Of a stretch of 64,000 bases of DNA, positions 38,936-51,852 are shown one piece after another. Source of the stretch: Mobula hypostoma. Taxonomy: Eukaryota. Each line of letters opens with the position of its first letter. Within the stretch, counting starts at the first letter, position 1. The translations under genes were made by a program, and so were the position numbers. The stretch spans positions 114,826,001 through 114,890,000 of the forward strand of contig NC_086108.1 in NCBI RefSeq assembly GCF_963921235.1, read 5' to 3'. Below the pieces are notes generated by a model that was given only the letters and a program-made list of their open reading frames with translations, did no database searches and was not told the DNA's origin.

Positions 38936-41013
38936 ATGACATCTGCTCAGTTTTCCTGACCTGACCTTGTTCCCAACATTAACACAACGTTCAGGACTGC
39001 CGATCTTACCCAGGGATGGACCCTGCAGCTTCGACCTTGGTGGTCTGTCCCTGCGATCTCTGACACCCGAGAGCTTTCATAGAGTGGAGAGGGTGGAGTC
39101 TTTGGACCCACCTACCCACCGGCACCAGAGACAGGATTCCAGTCTAGTCACACAGTACAGAAGCCAGACTAACAGTAACTCTAACTCACACCAGCAGCTC
39201 AGGGCACACCCGAGAAGCAAAATTCGGTCTCGGTTCGAAACATCGCCCACTTATTCCTCTGCTGCCTGACCTGATGAGCTCCTCCACCATTTTGAGTGTG
39301 TTGTTTTGGATTTCCAGCATCTGCAGATTGTCTTGTGTTAATCAGAGGGCAAAAATGGTAGGGGAGGGTGTGAAGAGTTGGGCAGAGTTACCAGTGCAGA
39401 TTTGAAACATGAATTATTCCACTTACCCCCACCCCATCCATTTTATTGTCTTCTGCCCCCCCCCCCCGCGTCCTTTCCAGACCCAATGAGTCTCTGGCCG
39501 AAACATCGACTATTTCCCACCATTGATGCTGCCTGTTCTGCTGAGTTCTCCAGCGTTTCGTGTGTGTCAGAATCAGGTTTAATATCACGGGCCTATGATC
39601 TGAAATGTATTTTGCCGCAGCAGTACCGTCCAATGCATAATAATAAAACTAACTCACTGCAAGTCTATACCGTATACAGTATATGAAAATTAAATTAGTA
39701 GCGCAAAAAGAAAGGGAAAATCGAGGTGTGTTCATGGGTTGGTTCCTTGTTCAGAAATCTGATGACGGACGAGAAGATGTTCTTGAAAAGTTGAGTGTTT
39801 TATCTGTATGCTCCTGTACCACCTACTTGATGGTAGCAATGTGAAGCGGGCACGACATGGGCGCTGGGGATCCTTAATGACAGATGCCACCTTTTCCAGC
39901 CTCTGTTTCACAGGCCACCAGGTCGCAATGTCCCAGATGGGCGAGCTATTTTGGGGCCTGCGTTGTGAGAGTTCAGGGTCAGAGATGGGACAGGGAGGCG
40001 GTGGCACGGAGGGACAGCAGCAACAGGAAGCTTGGATTCTCCCTGTGGACAGAGTTCAAGCACGCGGTAAAGGAACCACACATCCTGAGAGGGGTTTCTG
40101 CGGTAGAGAAAACCACACAATGAACCCATCAGACTGGAAGCGGTGCGGGCAAATCGCCGCCGCTTTAACACCAGAAGAGTTAGCGCAGAATTGGGCCGCT
40201 CGGCCCGTCATGGCTGGTTGATTATCCCGATTCACCTGACGCTCCGACCTATCAATCTCCGCTTTAAATTTACCCAATGACCTGGCCTCCGCTGCTGTCT
40301 GTGGCACCGAGTTCCATAGGTCCCTGAGTGGTGGGACGGGACGTCCCACGGATGTACACGAAGGTATACGATAACGAGTGGTTGGCAGGGACAGTGAAGG
40401 TCAGCACCGTCTCCTCTAAACTGCGCAGGTTGGCGGCCGCGCAGTATTTGAAATGCCCCGAAGCTCGAAGCCTTTGCTGCAGCGTGGCTGGAGTTTTTAA
40501 ATACTATAATATTAATATAAAGTGCCGTGCGGTTTTAGAGCCGTTTAAAAAGTCCTGCTCAGAGCAATGGTTGGCCCACGCAGCTGTTAGCGTTGGAGAT
40601 CAGGGTGTACTGAAGGGCGCGGCCCCTACGAAATGAAAAGAGGGAGGAGAATAGTTTTGGGGCTGTGCAGGGTGAGCCGAGGTTGGAGGGTTGGAAGAGG
40701 AACGCACTCCGCACCGGAGGACACGAGGACACGCGCACACGCCCCCCCCCCCGAAGGGACAGTTACGGGATTAGGGAGCAGAGATTTAAAACTGGGCTGT
40801 GTAGCGATTTCTCACTGAGGGAGAAGAGTTTCTGGAATTCTACCCAAGAGGGTCACTGCAAGGGTTTACAGAGGACGGACAGAAATGTTTGACAGAGCAG
40901 GGGACTGAGGGTGATAAGGAACTAGCACATAAACGGAGATGAGCCTGTTGGTCATAAAACCACAAGATATCGGAGCAGACTTAAGCTATTTGGCGCATGG
41001 AGTCTGCTCTGTC

Positions 41014-42231
41014 TGTCACAATGGGGGGCATTGGGAGCAAGGGTGGACCCAAATGCAAGACACATCTTGTGAGGTTAAGTAAATTGAGTTTTTTGTTTGA
41101 TACCAGGAGAGCAAAGCAGAAGCAGGAATAGCGAACTGGACAGGGACTGAGGACTACGACTAGGCTGGGACTAGGGGTCTGGGCTTGGACTCGGAATCGG
41201 CTCCCAGAACTAGCGGCGACATGAAGAGGCTAGGGTATGGACTCCGAGCCAGAGACTGGGCAAGGACCCGGTACCTGGTTCTTGCCTCGGGCTCGGATCC
41301 CAGAACCAGGCAGGGACATGACATGGGCCAGGGAGAGGAGGAACATGGAAAAACAGAGCCTCGGTCTCGGGAGGGCAGGTACATGGAACCATGGACACAT
41401 ACACAGAACAGAGAGCCGGGACCCCTCCTTGGGTACAGGACATAGGGCCGGGACTCATGGCCCCCCGCAGGGCAATGGCAAGACGGCTTGCCTTACCCCA
41501 CGGAGGCAAGGACATGACCCCCCCCCCGCGGGGAAACGCAAGAACGGCTTGACTTACCCCACGGAGGCGAGGACAAGACAAGACCAACACGAAAGAACAC
41601 CAGACAGTACCTATCTAGCTCCGGCGATAGAACTAGACCGAGGTGCAGGGGAGGGTTGCAGACAAGGGCTAGAGGCGAGAGGGGCAGAGAATGGATTTAG
41701 ACGGGGTGGGGGGGGGGGGTAGGTCAGGAATTATAGACCGCCAGGACCAGGACTTGACCCGGAACTTGGATACTGCTAGGACCAGGACTTGACTTGGAGC
41801 CTCTGGGTAGTGGCGAGCTCTCGGCTCAGCCCGGGAACAGTAGACAGCGGTTCTTGATTCCCTCCGGCGGATTACCTGACGGACCCACCTCGGTGAGGAA
41901 ACTTTGCAGGCTCGCTTTGGTGAGGTAACTGGACAGGGTTGCTCCGCTGAAGAAAGGCGAATTACCGGCACTCGTTTCGGGTGGAGACTAGGCTTACTCC
42001 GGCCAGATGACATTGGCACGCCGTACCTTGATAACTTTGCAAACGCTCCCACACTGAATAGCTGAAAGCCGGAGACTATAAATTACCGGTTCAGCCGGGA
42101 GTAAATTGCCTCTAATCACCAAGGCCGAGGGACACGGGAAAACAGGGAATCAAAGGGAAACAGGGAGTCAACGGTCCGGATCGTAACATAAACAAAGTAA
42201 ATTTAAAGGGACCCCGATCCGGACCATGACA
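41014..42231 (-). mobile_element. Solo LTR (Gypsy-type), 1218 bp
   Basis: TGTCA...TGACA termini; 5-bp TSD CTGTC (41009-41013, 42232-42236); splits a CR1 3' tail. Confidence 0.85.
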
Positions 42232-43633
42232 CTGTCATTTCATTGTAGCTGATCCATTCACTCTCAGCTCCAGTCTCCTGCCTTAGACCATAAGACATAG
42301 GAGCAGAATTAGACCATACAACCAACCGAGTCTGCTCCGCCGTTCCATCATGGCTGATCCCGGATCCCACTCATCCCAAACACCTGCCTTCTCACAATAT
42401 GCTTTGATGCCCTGTCTGATCAGGAAACGATCAACTTCCACGTCAGATATACCCACTTGGACTCCACCGCAGTCTGTAGTAGGGTATTCCACATTTCTGG
42501 TTTAAAAATATCCTTCTTACTTCTATTCTAAAAAGGCACTCCTCGATTTTGAGGCTGTGGTTTCCAGTTCTGGATACCCTTCCCCACCACCACAGGAAAC
42601 ATCCTCCCCACATCCACCTTATCAACATTCAACATTCTTTCAACATTCAATAGGTTTCAGTGAGATCCTCCTGCATTCTTCGAATTCCAGTGAGTACAGG
42701 CCTAAAGCTGCCAAACACTCCTCATATGTTAACCCCTTCATTCACGGAATCATCCTTGTGGACCTTCTGTGGACTCTCTCCAATGACAACACATCCTTTC
42801 TGAGATATGGGGCCCAAAACTCTAAGTGCAACCTGACTAGTGTCTTATAAAGGCTCAGCATTATCTTCTTGCTTTTATATTCTATTTCCCTTGAAATAAA
42901 TGTCAACATTGCATTTGCCTTCTTTACCGCAGACTCAACCTGTAAATTAACCTTCTGGGAGTCTAGAACGAAGACTCTGAAGTCCGTCTGCACCTCTGAT
43001 GTTTGAACCTTCTCCCCATTTAGATAATAGCCTGCACTATTTTACCAAAACTCATTATCATACATTTCCCGATACTCTATTGCATATGCTACATTTTTGC
43101 TTATTCTTCCAATTTGTCGAAGTCCTGCCAAAATCGCATTGCTTCCTCAGCACTACCTACCCCTCCACCTATCTTTGTATCATCCACAAACTTTGCCACA
43201 AAGCCATCAATTCCATTATCTAAATAATGGAAAACAATGTGAAAAGTAGTGGTCTCAATACTGACCCCTGAGGAACACCAGTAAATTCTGACAGCCAACC
43301 TGAAAATGCTCCCTTTATTCCCACTCACTGCCTCCTGCCTGTCAGCCATTCCTCTATCCATGCTAGTATCTTTCCTGTAAAGACATAGGATTTTATCTTG
43401 TTAAGCAGCCTCATCTGTGGCACATTCTGAAAATCCAAATAAATTACATCCACTGCCTCTGCTTTGTCCACAAAGAACTCTAACAGATTTGTCAGGCAAG
43501 ATTTCCCTTTACAAGAATCATGCTGGATCTGACTTATTTTATCATTAGTCTCGAAGTACCCTGAAACTTAATAATAGAATCCAAAACTTTCCCAACCACT
43601 GGGTTTTGGCTAACTGGCCTATAATTTCCTTTA

Positions 43634-43851
43634 ACATACATCAAAGTTGCTGGTGAACGCAGCAGGCCAAGCAGCATCTATAGGAAGAGGCGCAGTCGAC
43701 GTTTCAGGCCGAGGTCCTGACGAAGGGTCTCGGCCTGAAACGTCGACTGCGCCTCTTCCTATAGATGCTGCTTGGCCTGCTGCATTCACCAGCAACTTTG
43801 ATGTATGTTGCTTGAATTTCCAGCATCTGCAGAATTCCTGTTGTTTACGTT
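43634..43851. mobile_element. Penelope-derived foldback insertion #3 with complete minimal hammerhead motif
   Basis: 80-bp arms 43634-43713 / 43729-43808 (1 mismatch), 15-nt loop; perfect 14-bp TSD TATAATTTCCTTTA (43620-43633, 43852-43865). Confidence 0.93.
43713..43748 (+). ncRNA. Minimal type-I hammerhead ribozyme motif
   Basis: GGTC-CTGACGA-AGGGTCTCGGCCT-GAAA-CGTC-GACT: CUGANGA and GAAA cores, stem II, palindromic ACGU in place of stem III, GUC cleavage triplet, GGTC/GACT stem I. Confidence 0.7.
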
Positions 43852-45859
43852 TATAATTTCCTTTATTTTGCCTTCTTCCCTTCATTAAGAGTGGAGTGAC
43901 ATTTGAAATCTTCCAGTCCTCTGGAACTATGCCAGAATCAAGTGATTCTTGAAAGATCATGACAAATGCATCCGTTATCTCTTCAGCAACCTCTCTCAGG
44001 ACTCTGAGATGTAGTCCACCTGGTCCCAGTGACTTATCCACCTTAAGTCCTTTGAGTTTGCCTAGCATTTTTTCCCTTTGTAACAGCAATGACACTCATC
44101 CTGCTCTCTGACACTCAAGGTGTTGGTGTCTTCCATTTTCAAGACTAATGTAAAGTTCATCTGCCATTTCTTTGCCCCCCGTTACTACCTCACCAATGTT
44201 TTCTTCCAGTGCTCCAATATCAACTCTCTTCTACTTTTTATATAACTGAAAAAAACTTTGTGTCCTGCTTTATATTATTGGCTGGTCATATTTCCTCTTT
44301 TCCCTTCTTATGCCTTTTGTTGGATTGTAAAGGTTTACCAATCATCCAACTCGCTTACTTTTTCTACCTTATATACCCTTTCCTTGGCTTTTATGCAGTC
44401 CTTAACTTTCCTTGTCAGCCACGGTTGCCTACCCCTGCCATTTGAGAACTACTGCTATGGGACGTATCTATCCTGCACCTTGTGAACTATTCCCAGGAAC
44501 ATTAGCCATCTCTATTCTGCCATCCTCCCCACCAGTATCCTCCTCCAATCCACCCGGTAAGCCCCTCTCTCGTGCCTCTGTAATTCCCTTTATTCCATTG
44601 CAATACCGATACATGTGACTTATGCTTTTCCCTCTCAAGTTGCAGATGAATTCAGTCAGATTATGATCACTGCCTCCTAAAAGGGTTCCTTTACATTAAG
44701 CTCTCCATATCCCTATATCCCTTCATGCCCCGACCAAGAATCTATCAGCCTCTGCCTTAAATATACCCAGTGACTTGGCCTCCATATAAGAACATAAGAA
44801 CATAAGAAATAGGAGCAGGAGTCGGCCATCCGGCCCATCAAGCCTGCCCCACCATTCAATAAGATCATGGCTGATCTGTCCGTAAACTCAGCTCCATCTA
44901 CCTGCCTTTTCCCCATAACCCTTAATTCCCCTACTATGTAAAAACCTATCTAATTGTTTCTTAAATATATTTAGTGAAAGAGCCTCAACTGCTTCCCTGG
45001 GCAGAGAATTCCACAGATTCACCACTCTCTGGGAAAAACAGTTTCTCTTCATCTCCGTCCTAAATCTTCTCCCCTGAATCTTGAAGCAATGTCCCCTAGT
45101 TCTAGTCTCACCTACCAATGGAAACAACTTTCCTACTTCTATCTCATCTATCCCTTTCAAAATTTTGTATGTTTCTGTAAGATCCCTTGTCATTCTCCTG
45201 AACTCCAGAGAGTTCAGTCCCAGGCGACTCAATCTCTCCTCACAGGTTAACCCCTTCATCTCTAGAATCAACCTGGTGAACCTCCTCTGCACTGCCTCCA
45301 AAGCCAGTATATCCTTCCTCAAGTAAGGAGACCAAAACTGCACACAGTTGTGGCCTCACCAGTACCCTGTATAGTTGCAGCATGACCTCCCTGCTCTTGA
45401 ATTCAATCCCTGTGGCAACGAATGCCACAGATTCACCACTCTCTGGCTAAAGAAATTCCTGATCTCCTTTTCTGAATGGACGTCCCAGGCTGTGCCCGCT
45501 GGTCTTAGACTCCACCACCACAGGAAACATCCTCTCCACCTTCACTCTATCAAGGTCTTTCACCATTCGATGGGTTTCAATCAGGTCACCGCTTATTCTT
45601 CCGAATGCCAGCGAGTTCGGCCCAGAGCCATCAAACGCTCTTCATAGGACATGCCTTTCAATCCTGGAATAGCTTTCGTGACCTCGAAAATGATTCCTAG
45701 ATTGATTGTTTTTTGTGAACGTGGCCCTCTTAGTTAGCAAGTCACGCAGTCAAGTTCTGGCAGATAAACTCACCCACATAAATAAATTTTATTTACATAC
45801 TATGAAAATAACAGAGGATTAAAACAGTTTCAAAGATCATGAAGCAGCTGAGAGACACC

Positions 45860-46140
45860 GGGACATAGCGGTTAGCGCAACGCTATTACAGCTCGGGGCG
45901 TCGGAGTTCGGAGTTCAATTCCCGTGTCCACTGTAAAAAATTTGTGCGTTCCTTCCAATGTGTGCGTGGATTTCCTCCGGGTGCTCTGGTTTTCTCCCAC
46001 AGTCGAAAGACGTACGGGTCGGTGGGTTAATTGGCTATTGTAAATTGTCCCGTGATTAGGCTAGGATTAAATCGAAGGGCCGGAAGCACCTGTTCCACGC
46101 CGTATCTCTAAATAAATAAAAAAACAAATAAATAAATAAA
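45860..46140 (+). mobile_element. tRNA-derived V-domain SINE (representative; similar copies at about 9010-9215, 15940-16200, 16300-16510, 21700-21880, 61985-62285 on -)
   Basis: TAGCGGTTAGC and GAGTTCAATTCC boxes; V-domain GGATTTCCTCCGGGTGCTCTGGTTTTCTCCCACAGTCGAAAGACGT; (aaat)n tail. Confidence 0.85.
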
Positions 46141-47064
46141 ATCACCAACAGGTCATTGGACCTGTGCGGGGAGAACTCGGGGGAGAGTGGGAACTTCAGC
46201 GAGGAGGCTCTACAGTAAACAGGCGTGGACCACAGTCTGCCGGGGGTCCCGGGCCGGTGATCGAGTGAACAATTCTGGCATCGGAGGCTCAGTCCATCGT
46301 TTCCACCGTGCTGGAAAACACAAAACAGTGCCATTCAGAAGCGGGGAGAAGCCGGAGGAGTCAGCGGGTCTGTTGTGGCTGCAACGGTCTAATGGAGGGA
46401 ACAGGTTGTCTCGGCGCAAGCAGGGCGGGAGAGCAAGAGGACACGGAGAGGGTGGGGCCCGAGTGGGTGGAGACGAGAGCGTTCCCGCGGCTAATTGGGA
46501 TGAACGGGACGTGTGGAAGGATTCAACAAGAGCCGAGGAGAGAGCATTGGGTGGATCAGCGGCTACAACCAGCTACCTACAGACAGAGAGACTCGGGTTC
46601 GATCCCGACGCCCGGCGCTGTCTGTTTGGAGTTTGCACAGGGGCTTCCCCTGGGTACTGTGACTAGAACAGAGAACATAGTACAGCGCAGCCTCCGGCCC
46701 AAAATGTTGTACCGAACCCACTAAATTAGAAAGCAAGTGGCCATCTGAACTAATCTCAAACTGTCTACAAACTGTCTATATCCTTCCGTGTTCCTCACGG
46801 TCATGTGCCTAGCTAAACATCCCTCACAAATTTTAATGTTTCTGCCTCTACCACCAGCCCAGGCCGCGCATACCAGGCACCCTCCGTTCTTTGCTCCTTC
46901 CGAGCTCCCAAACTCGCGCCGGTCTGTGGGTTTATCGGCCGCTGTAAATTGTCTCCAGACTGTGGGTGAGGGTGGAATCTGGGGTGGGGGGGGGGGGTTG
47001 ATGGGAATGTGGGGTGAATGAACTGGGATCCGCGTAGGACTGGTGCCAATGGGCGGGAGAGTTA

Positions 47065-47400
47065 CACATTGCGGGAGGGGTGGTAGTGAATCGTGAGGAG
47101 GGTGTACTGGTGGGCTTGGCCGAGGTGACCATTCACCGGTCTAGGCGGCGGAAAGTCCAGGGCTGTGCCAGGGCCGACTGCCTGCCCCTTTTCCGAGAAT
47201 ATGTTCGTGGCCGGTCGTCCTTGGAGAGGGGGAGTGCGGTCTCAATGGGCACGGGGGGTGAATTTCCGGGAGCGGTGCCCCTCCACCCGCGGAATTGACT
47301 GTTTTACAGACAGTAGTAATTTATTCACTGTCTTGTAAATACTATGTGTTTGTACTTTGTGTGTTTTCTGAGTAAATAAATTTTTATAGTTTTGTAAAGA
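47065..47400 (+). mobile_element. Tx1 (L1-group) retrotransposon 3' end
   Basis: LVGLAEVTIHRSRRR...ADCLPLFREYVRGRSSLER, typical of the Tx1 ORF2 C-terminus; AT-rich 3'UTR with AATAAA. Confidence 0.75.
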
Positions 47401-47586
47401 GAAGGGTCGGTACTGACGGCGGATCACACTTCGGGACGGGCGGTGGTTTTCGAAAAAAGTTGATTAATTTCGGGAATAAACACTGAAGAACGGTGAGAAG
47501 GACGGAGGAAGGTGTAGGAGAGAGGAGTTTCATCTGTGGCAATGGACTGCGGCAGCTTTCTTCCCGGAGGAATGCTGCTTTGCCGA

Positions 47587-47801
47587 CACAAAATAATCTG
47601 CAGATGCCGGGGTCAAAGCAAAACTCACAACACGCTGGAGGAACTCAGCAGGTCGGGCAGCATCCGTGGAAACGATCAGTCAATGTTTCAGGCCGGAACC
47701 CTTCATGGAAGGGACCTAACGAATGGTTCCGGCCCGAAACGTTGACTGATTGTTTCCACGGATGCTGCCCGACCCGCTGAGTTCCTCCAGCGTGTTGTGA
47801 G
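47587..47801. mobile_element. Penelope-derived foldback insertion #4 (different subfamily)
   Basis: About 82-bp arms 47623-47704 / 47721-47802; degenerate core CTAACGA...GAAACGTT; 14-bp TSD TGCTG(C/T)TTT(G/A)CCGA (47573-47586, 47802-47815). Confidence 0.85.
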
Positions 47802-48168
47802 TGCTGTTTTACCGAGTTTTTGTTGAGTCTGAGCTGGCTGGCGGCTTGCCAAGTGTCTGCAGCTTTTACTGGGAGCTGGGGTGGATTTCTCCGACATTGG
47901 TAAACCCTCTCCCACCTGGTGTACTCGGCCCGGGACGACCGCGTGACGAGTTTTACAGCGAACCCTTGACCCTCGCTCGGACGGAGGGTCATTGTCATTG
48001 GGACAGCCCGGCTGCGCACCAGGAGAGTCCGCGCTGGAGTTCCATCGCTCGGACTTCCTGCCTGTCCGGAGAAGACTCCGATCCTTTCCCTCTTCAGAGA
48101 ACTACTTTTAAGTGTTGTGACTGAGTTAATACAGCGGCGCTTTGACTTGCGACTGTGTGGGGCTTTAA

Positions 48169-50495
48169 ATGGCGGGAGACGGCGAGGCTGAGTCCCCACG
48201 CAGGAGCCGTAGGTTCCGGTGAAAGAACTGACGAGCCACTACTCTCAGACTGATAACTCTGAAAGACACGGCCAATGCGATATCCCTATACCTCTGAGTG
48301 CAACGGAGAGGTTAGCTCTCATGGCTATGGCTGTGGTTGGGATGAGGGCGTTCTGGGGATGGGTAAGATGCACCAATTTACTACCTCCGGCCCGCTAGAA
48401 AGGTGTCCCTGGCCCTGAGCTGGGGGTAGAAGTGAAAAGGGGCTTCGTGCCGGTAAAGCCAGCGACAGGACCTGTATAGAACATTCTGTAACGTGCACCT
48501 TCATCTCCACAAAGTGGACCTCCTCTCTCATCCGCGTTCTTAGGGTGAGGGTGAGGTCGCCGGCCACCCTGCTATCGCTCAAGCCAGATGGAGGTTGTCT
48601 TGGGCCCGTGTTTACCCTCCACCATGAGGTATTCATGGCCGGGGGATGCTGAGTGATACTTTCCTTCGCAGCACGGGAGGGAGAATTGCCGGATTCAGGG
48701 CTACGGGACAGCCGCGGTGCCATGCCTGCAAGGGGTTTGGGTAGATTCGTAAACACCAGGCCGCTAACTCCCCCCGTGGCGGCAAAACAGAGCACCGCGG
48801 GGCTCCCGCTGTCCCCCTGACCCTGTGGAGGGTGGCAATGCGAGCGGAGGGCTGGGACGAGGTAAAGGGCCGGAGGGCTAAGAGGAAGAAAACACATCTG
48901 CAGGCCTCTCGGCTGTAGGAGAAGGAGCCAAATATCCCCTCGGTGCGGGTATCTCCGTGTCTCAGCAAGGCCCTGGAGAAGCCGTGAGGGAGAATGTGGT
49001 GCTGAGCACCGAAATTTCCTCGGAAATGGAGGTTATCAGAGAAACAAAAAGGGGCGGGCCGAATGGCCTACTCCTGCACCTATTTTCTATGTTTCTATGT
49101 TATCAGAGAAAGGAAAAGGAGCGGGCGCGCATCCTCTGAATCCGAAGGTCGGGAAAGATTTATCCCCGCGAAAGGCTGCATACTCGGGACACGCCTCCCC
49201 GAACCGAAGCAGGAGGAAGGTCACATCACTCATGGAAAGAGACTCGCTCCCTGCTGGGATTGCGACCTCTGATTTGGTGGGTACCCAGTCAAACAAGTTT
49301 TTCGAAGGATAATGATTTGTCCTCGGGCGGAGTGGTGCGCTCGGAGCGCGTGTTCACCGGAGGGTGAACGGGGATTACTTCTGGCGGGAGGGGGTGGCTG
49401 TGGGAGTGGTCTCTCGGATTGTAGTCTCCAAAGAAGGGCATGGTTTGGAAGTGATTGGGACGGAGCGAGTCTGTTTCAGGAAGTTCCTGAACGCCCTGTT
49501 ACGAGTGTACAGGCTACGGGGAAGGAGGGCAGCTCCCGCTGACCATGGCGTTGGCAAGTAGATGTAGCACAACCATGAAAGTCGCAGTAGCGAGGATGAA
49601 TATCGATGGTGACCGGGGGTCTGACCACAGGTTCCATCATCTCTTGGTCCTCAGTGAACAGAGCTATGCTGTGAGTTCCCGCACGAATCACACACCTTTC
49701 CGGGAGACGAACCCATTTGGCTCCTGGGTTGGTGTGAGGGGGTCTAAATGAGTCACCCAGCTCCATTTCAAGCTGGGTGACGATACTGTTGGCCCCAAAC
49801 CACCAGCCGGAGATACTGAATGTAAACGAGTTCGAGCCAGGCAGCCTGCTGCGTCTGGCTGTGCGCTCGGATGGTGTACCGTCACCGTGTGCGCCCCTGA
49901 GCGCGCTTGTTTCGTGAGAGAGCTGTATTGACAGGTGAATGTGTTGTCCTCGGGGGTGATTTCAACTGTACCCGCGAGGAGGGAGATCGCTCTGGCCCTG
50001 AGAGCAGACGAGCGTCAATGTAGCTGTGGATTTTGTGATTTGGTCGACGTGGGCGGGATGTCCATCCTGACTCCTGCGGATGGCGGGAAGAGGAGGAGGT
50101 TCGCGACTCAACCGGCTGAACTTTTCCCAGGACCCAGATCGAGCCGATTGAGACGGAGCTGTTTGACCCGGAGTTTCAGCCGACTCCGAGCGTCGAGGGA
50201 CCTGCAGCTCAAGGAGTTCCGAGGTGCTTTCGTGAGGGGAAGCATTGAACTGTTACAAGATCTGGACTAATTCTCATCCTTGTTTTGCCCCCTGGAGAAA
50301 TGGAGGGTGCGCGCAGAGCTTTGGGGAGAGGATGGCTGCTGTGGAAACCTGCGAAAGCTCAGCTCTGAAGCTGGCCGGAGCTGGACTCTCCCATATCGCC
50401 GGAGGAACTGACCAGCTACGGGGAGACAAGTCCCTGAGGTTGGACGGGTTGACTGTGGAATTCCTCAGGGCCTTCTGAGACATTCTGAGTGCTCT
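48169..50495 (+). mobile_element. Tx1 retrotransposon: degenerate ORF1 (gag knuckle) and ORF2 APE to RT start
   Basis: RCHACKGFG*IRK knuckle at about 48715; ORF2 ATG 49575 MKVAVARMNIDG...NHT; GDKSLRLDGLTVEFLRAF at about 50420-50478. Confidence 0.8.
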
Positions 50496-50504
50496 CTGAA
50501 TCAT

Positions 50505-51850
50505 GACTGAAAGAAGATTATAGCTGGGAGCTTAATGTCCAAGGACACACATTGCATCGAAAGGACATGAACGGAGTCAGAAGGGGCGGCGTTGTTTCTT
50601 TTGATTAAAAAATGAAACCAAATCATTAGGAGAGAGATGACACATGGTCGGACTGTGTTGAATCATTGTGGATAGAACTGAGGAACGGCGAGGGTAAAAA
50701 GATCCTGATGGGAGTTGTATACAGACACCCAAACAGTAGGAAAGATGTGGTCTACAAGTTACAATGGGAGATAGAAAATGCAGGCTAAAAGAGCAATTTT
50801 ACAACAGTCATGGGGGATTCACTGGTGCCGGATTCCAGGATGGGGAATTTAAGAATAAGTACTTTGCATCGGTCGTCACTGTGGAAGACACTAGCAGTAT
50901 GGTGAAAGTTCCGGGTGTCGGGTCAGGAAGTGTGTGGCATTGCCATTACTAGAGAGAAGGTTCTTGGGAAACTGAAAGGACTAAAGGTCGAGAAGTCACC
51001 TGGACCAGATGGTGTTCGGTCTTCTCTGTGAAAGACACAAGCAGCATGCGGGAAGTTTGAGTGTGTCCGGAGGCAGAGGGAGAAGGTGCTTGGGAATCTG
51101 ACAGATCTAAAGGTAGATAAATTACCTGGACCAGATGGTGTACACCCCAGGGTTATGAAAGAGGTGGCTGAAGGGATTGGGGAGGCATCAGTAATGATCT
51201 TTCAAGAATCAATTGAACCTGGCATGGTTCTGGAGGACTAGAAAATTGCAAATGTCAGTCCACTTTCCAAAAAGGAGAGAGGCAGAAGAAAGGAAACTAT
51301 AGGCCAGTTAGTCTGACCTCAGTGGTTGGGAAGATGTTGGAGTCGGTAGTTAAGCATGAGGTTTTGGGGTATTTGGAGCACATGGTAAAATAAGCCATGG
51401 TCAGCGAGAAAATCCTGCCTGACAAATTTGTTGGAATTCTTTTGAGGAAATAACAAGTAGGATAGACAATGTAGAATTGGTGGATGTTGTGTTCTTAGAT
51501 TTTCAGAAAATCTTTGACAAGTCATCACACACGAGGCTTCTTAGCCCATGGTATGACAGGGAAGATTCCAGCATTGATAAAGCTGTGGCTGATTGGCGGG
51601 AGGCAAAGAGTGGGAATAAAGGAGGCTGTTCTGGTTGGTTGGTATTCCACAGTGATCGATGTTGGGACCGCTTCTTTTCACGTTGCATGTCAATATTTGG
51701 ATGAAGGAACTGATGGTTTTGTGACAAATTTTGTGGACGATACGATGATAGGTGGAGGGGCTGGTAGTGCTGAGGGGAGCAAGGATCAAATGATGAAGCA
51801 AACTAGATGGGCCGAATGGCCCGACACTTCTCCTATGATTTCTGGTCTTG
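50505..51850 (+). mobile_element. CR1 fragments (APE part, RT, 3' tail) inserted in the Tx1
   Basis: GVVYRHPNS, FASVVTVEDTSSM, GNYRPVSLTS and FVDD motifs. Confidence 0.85.
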
Positions 51851-51852
51851 TG

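Larger units (their letters stand above)
42290..45410 (-). mobile_element. Degenerate CR1 (42290-44700) and younger CR1 3' end (44787-45410)
   Basis: ORFs 42742-42993, 43101-43361, 43631-44095, 44888-45343; (aagaacat)n tail at 44787. Confidence 0.9.

Noticed and set aside
46145..46550. GC-rich ORFs 46187-46666 and 46308-46724 as a gene
   Set aside because: No recognisable domain or convincing splice sites; flanked by SINEs; possibly an old L1-type relic but unsupported.
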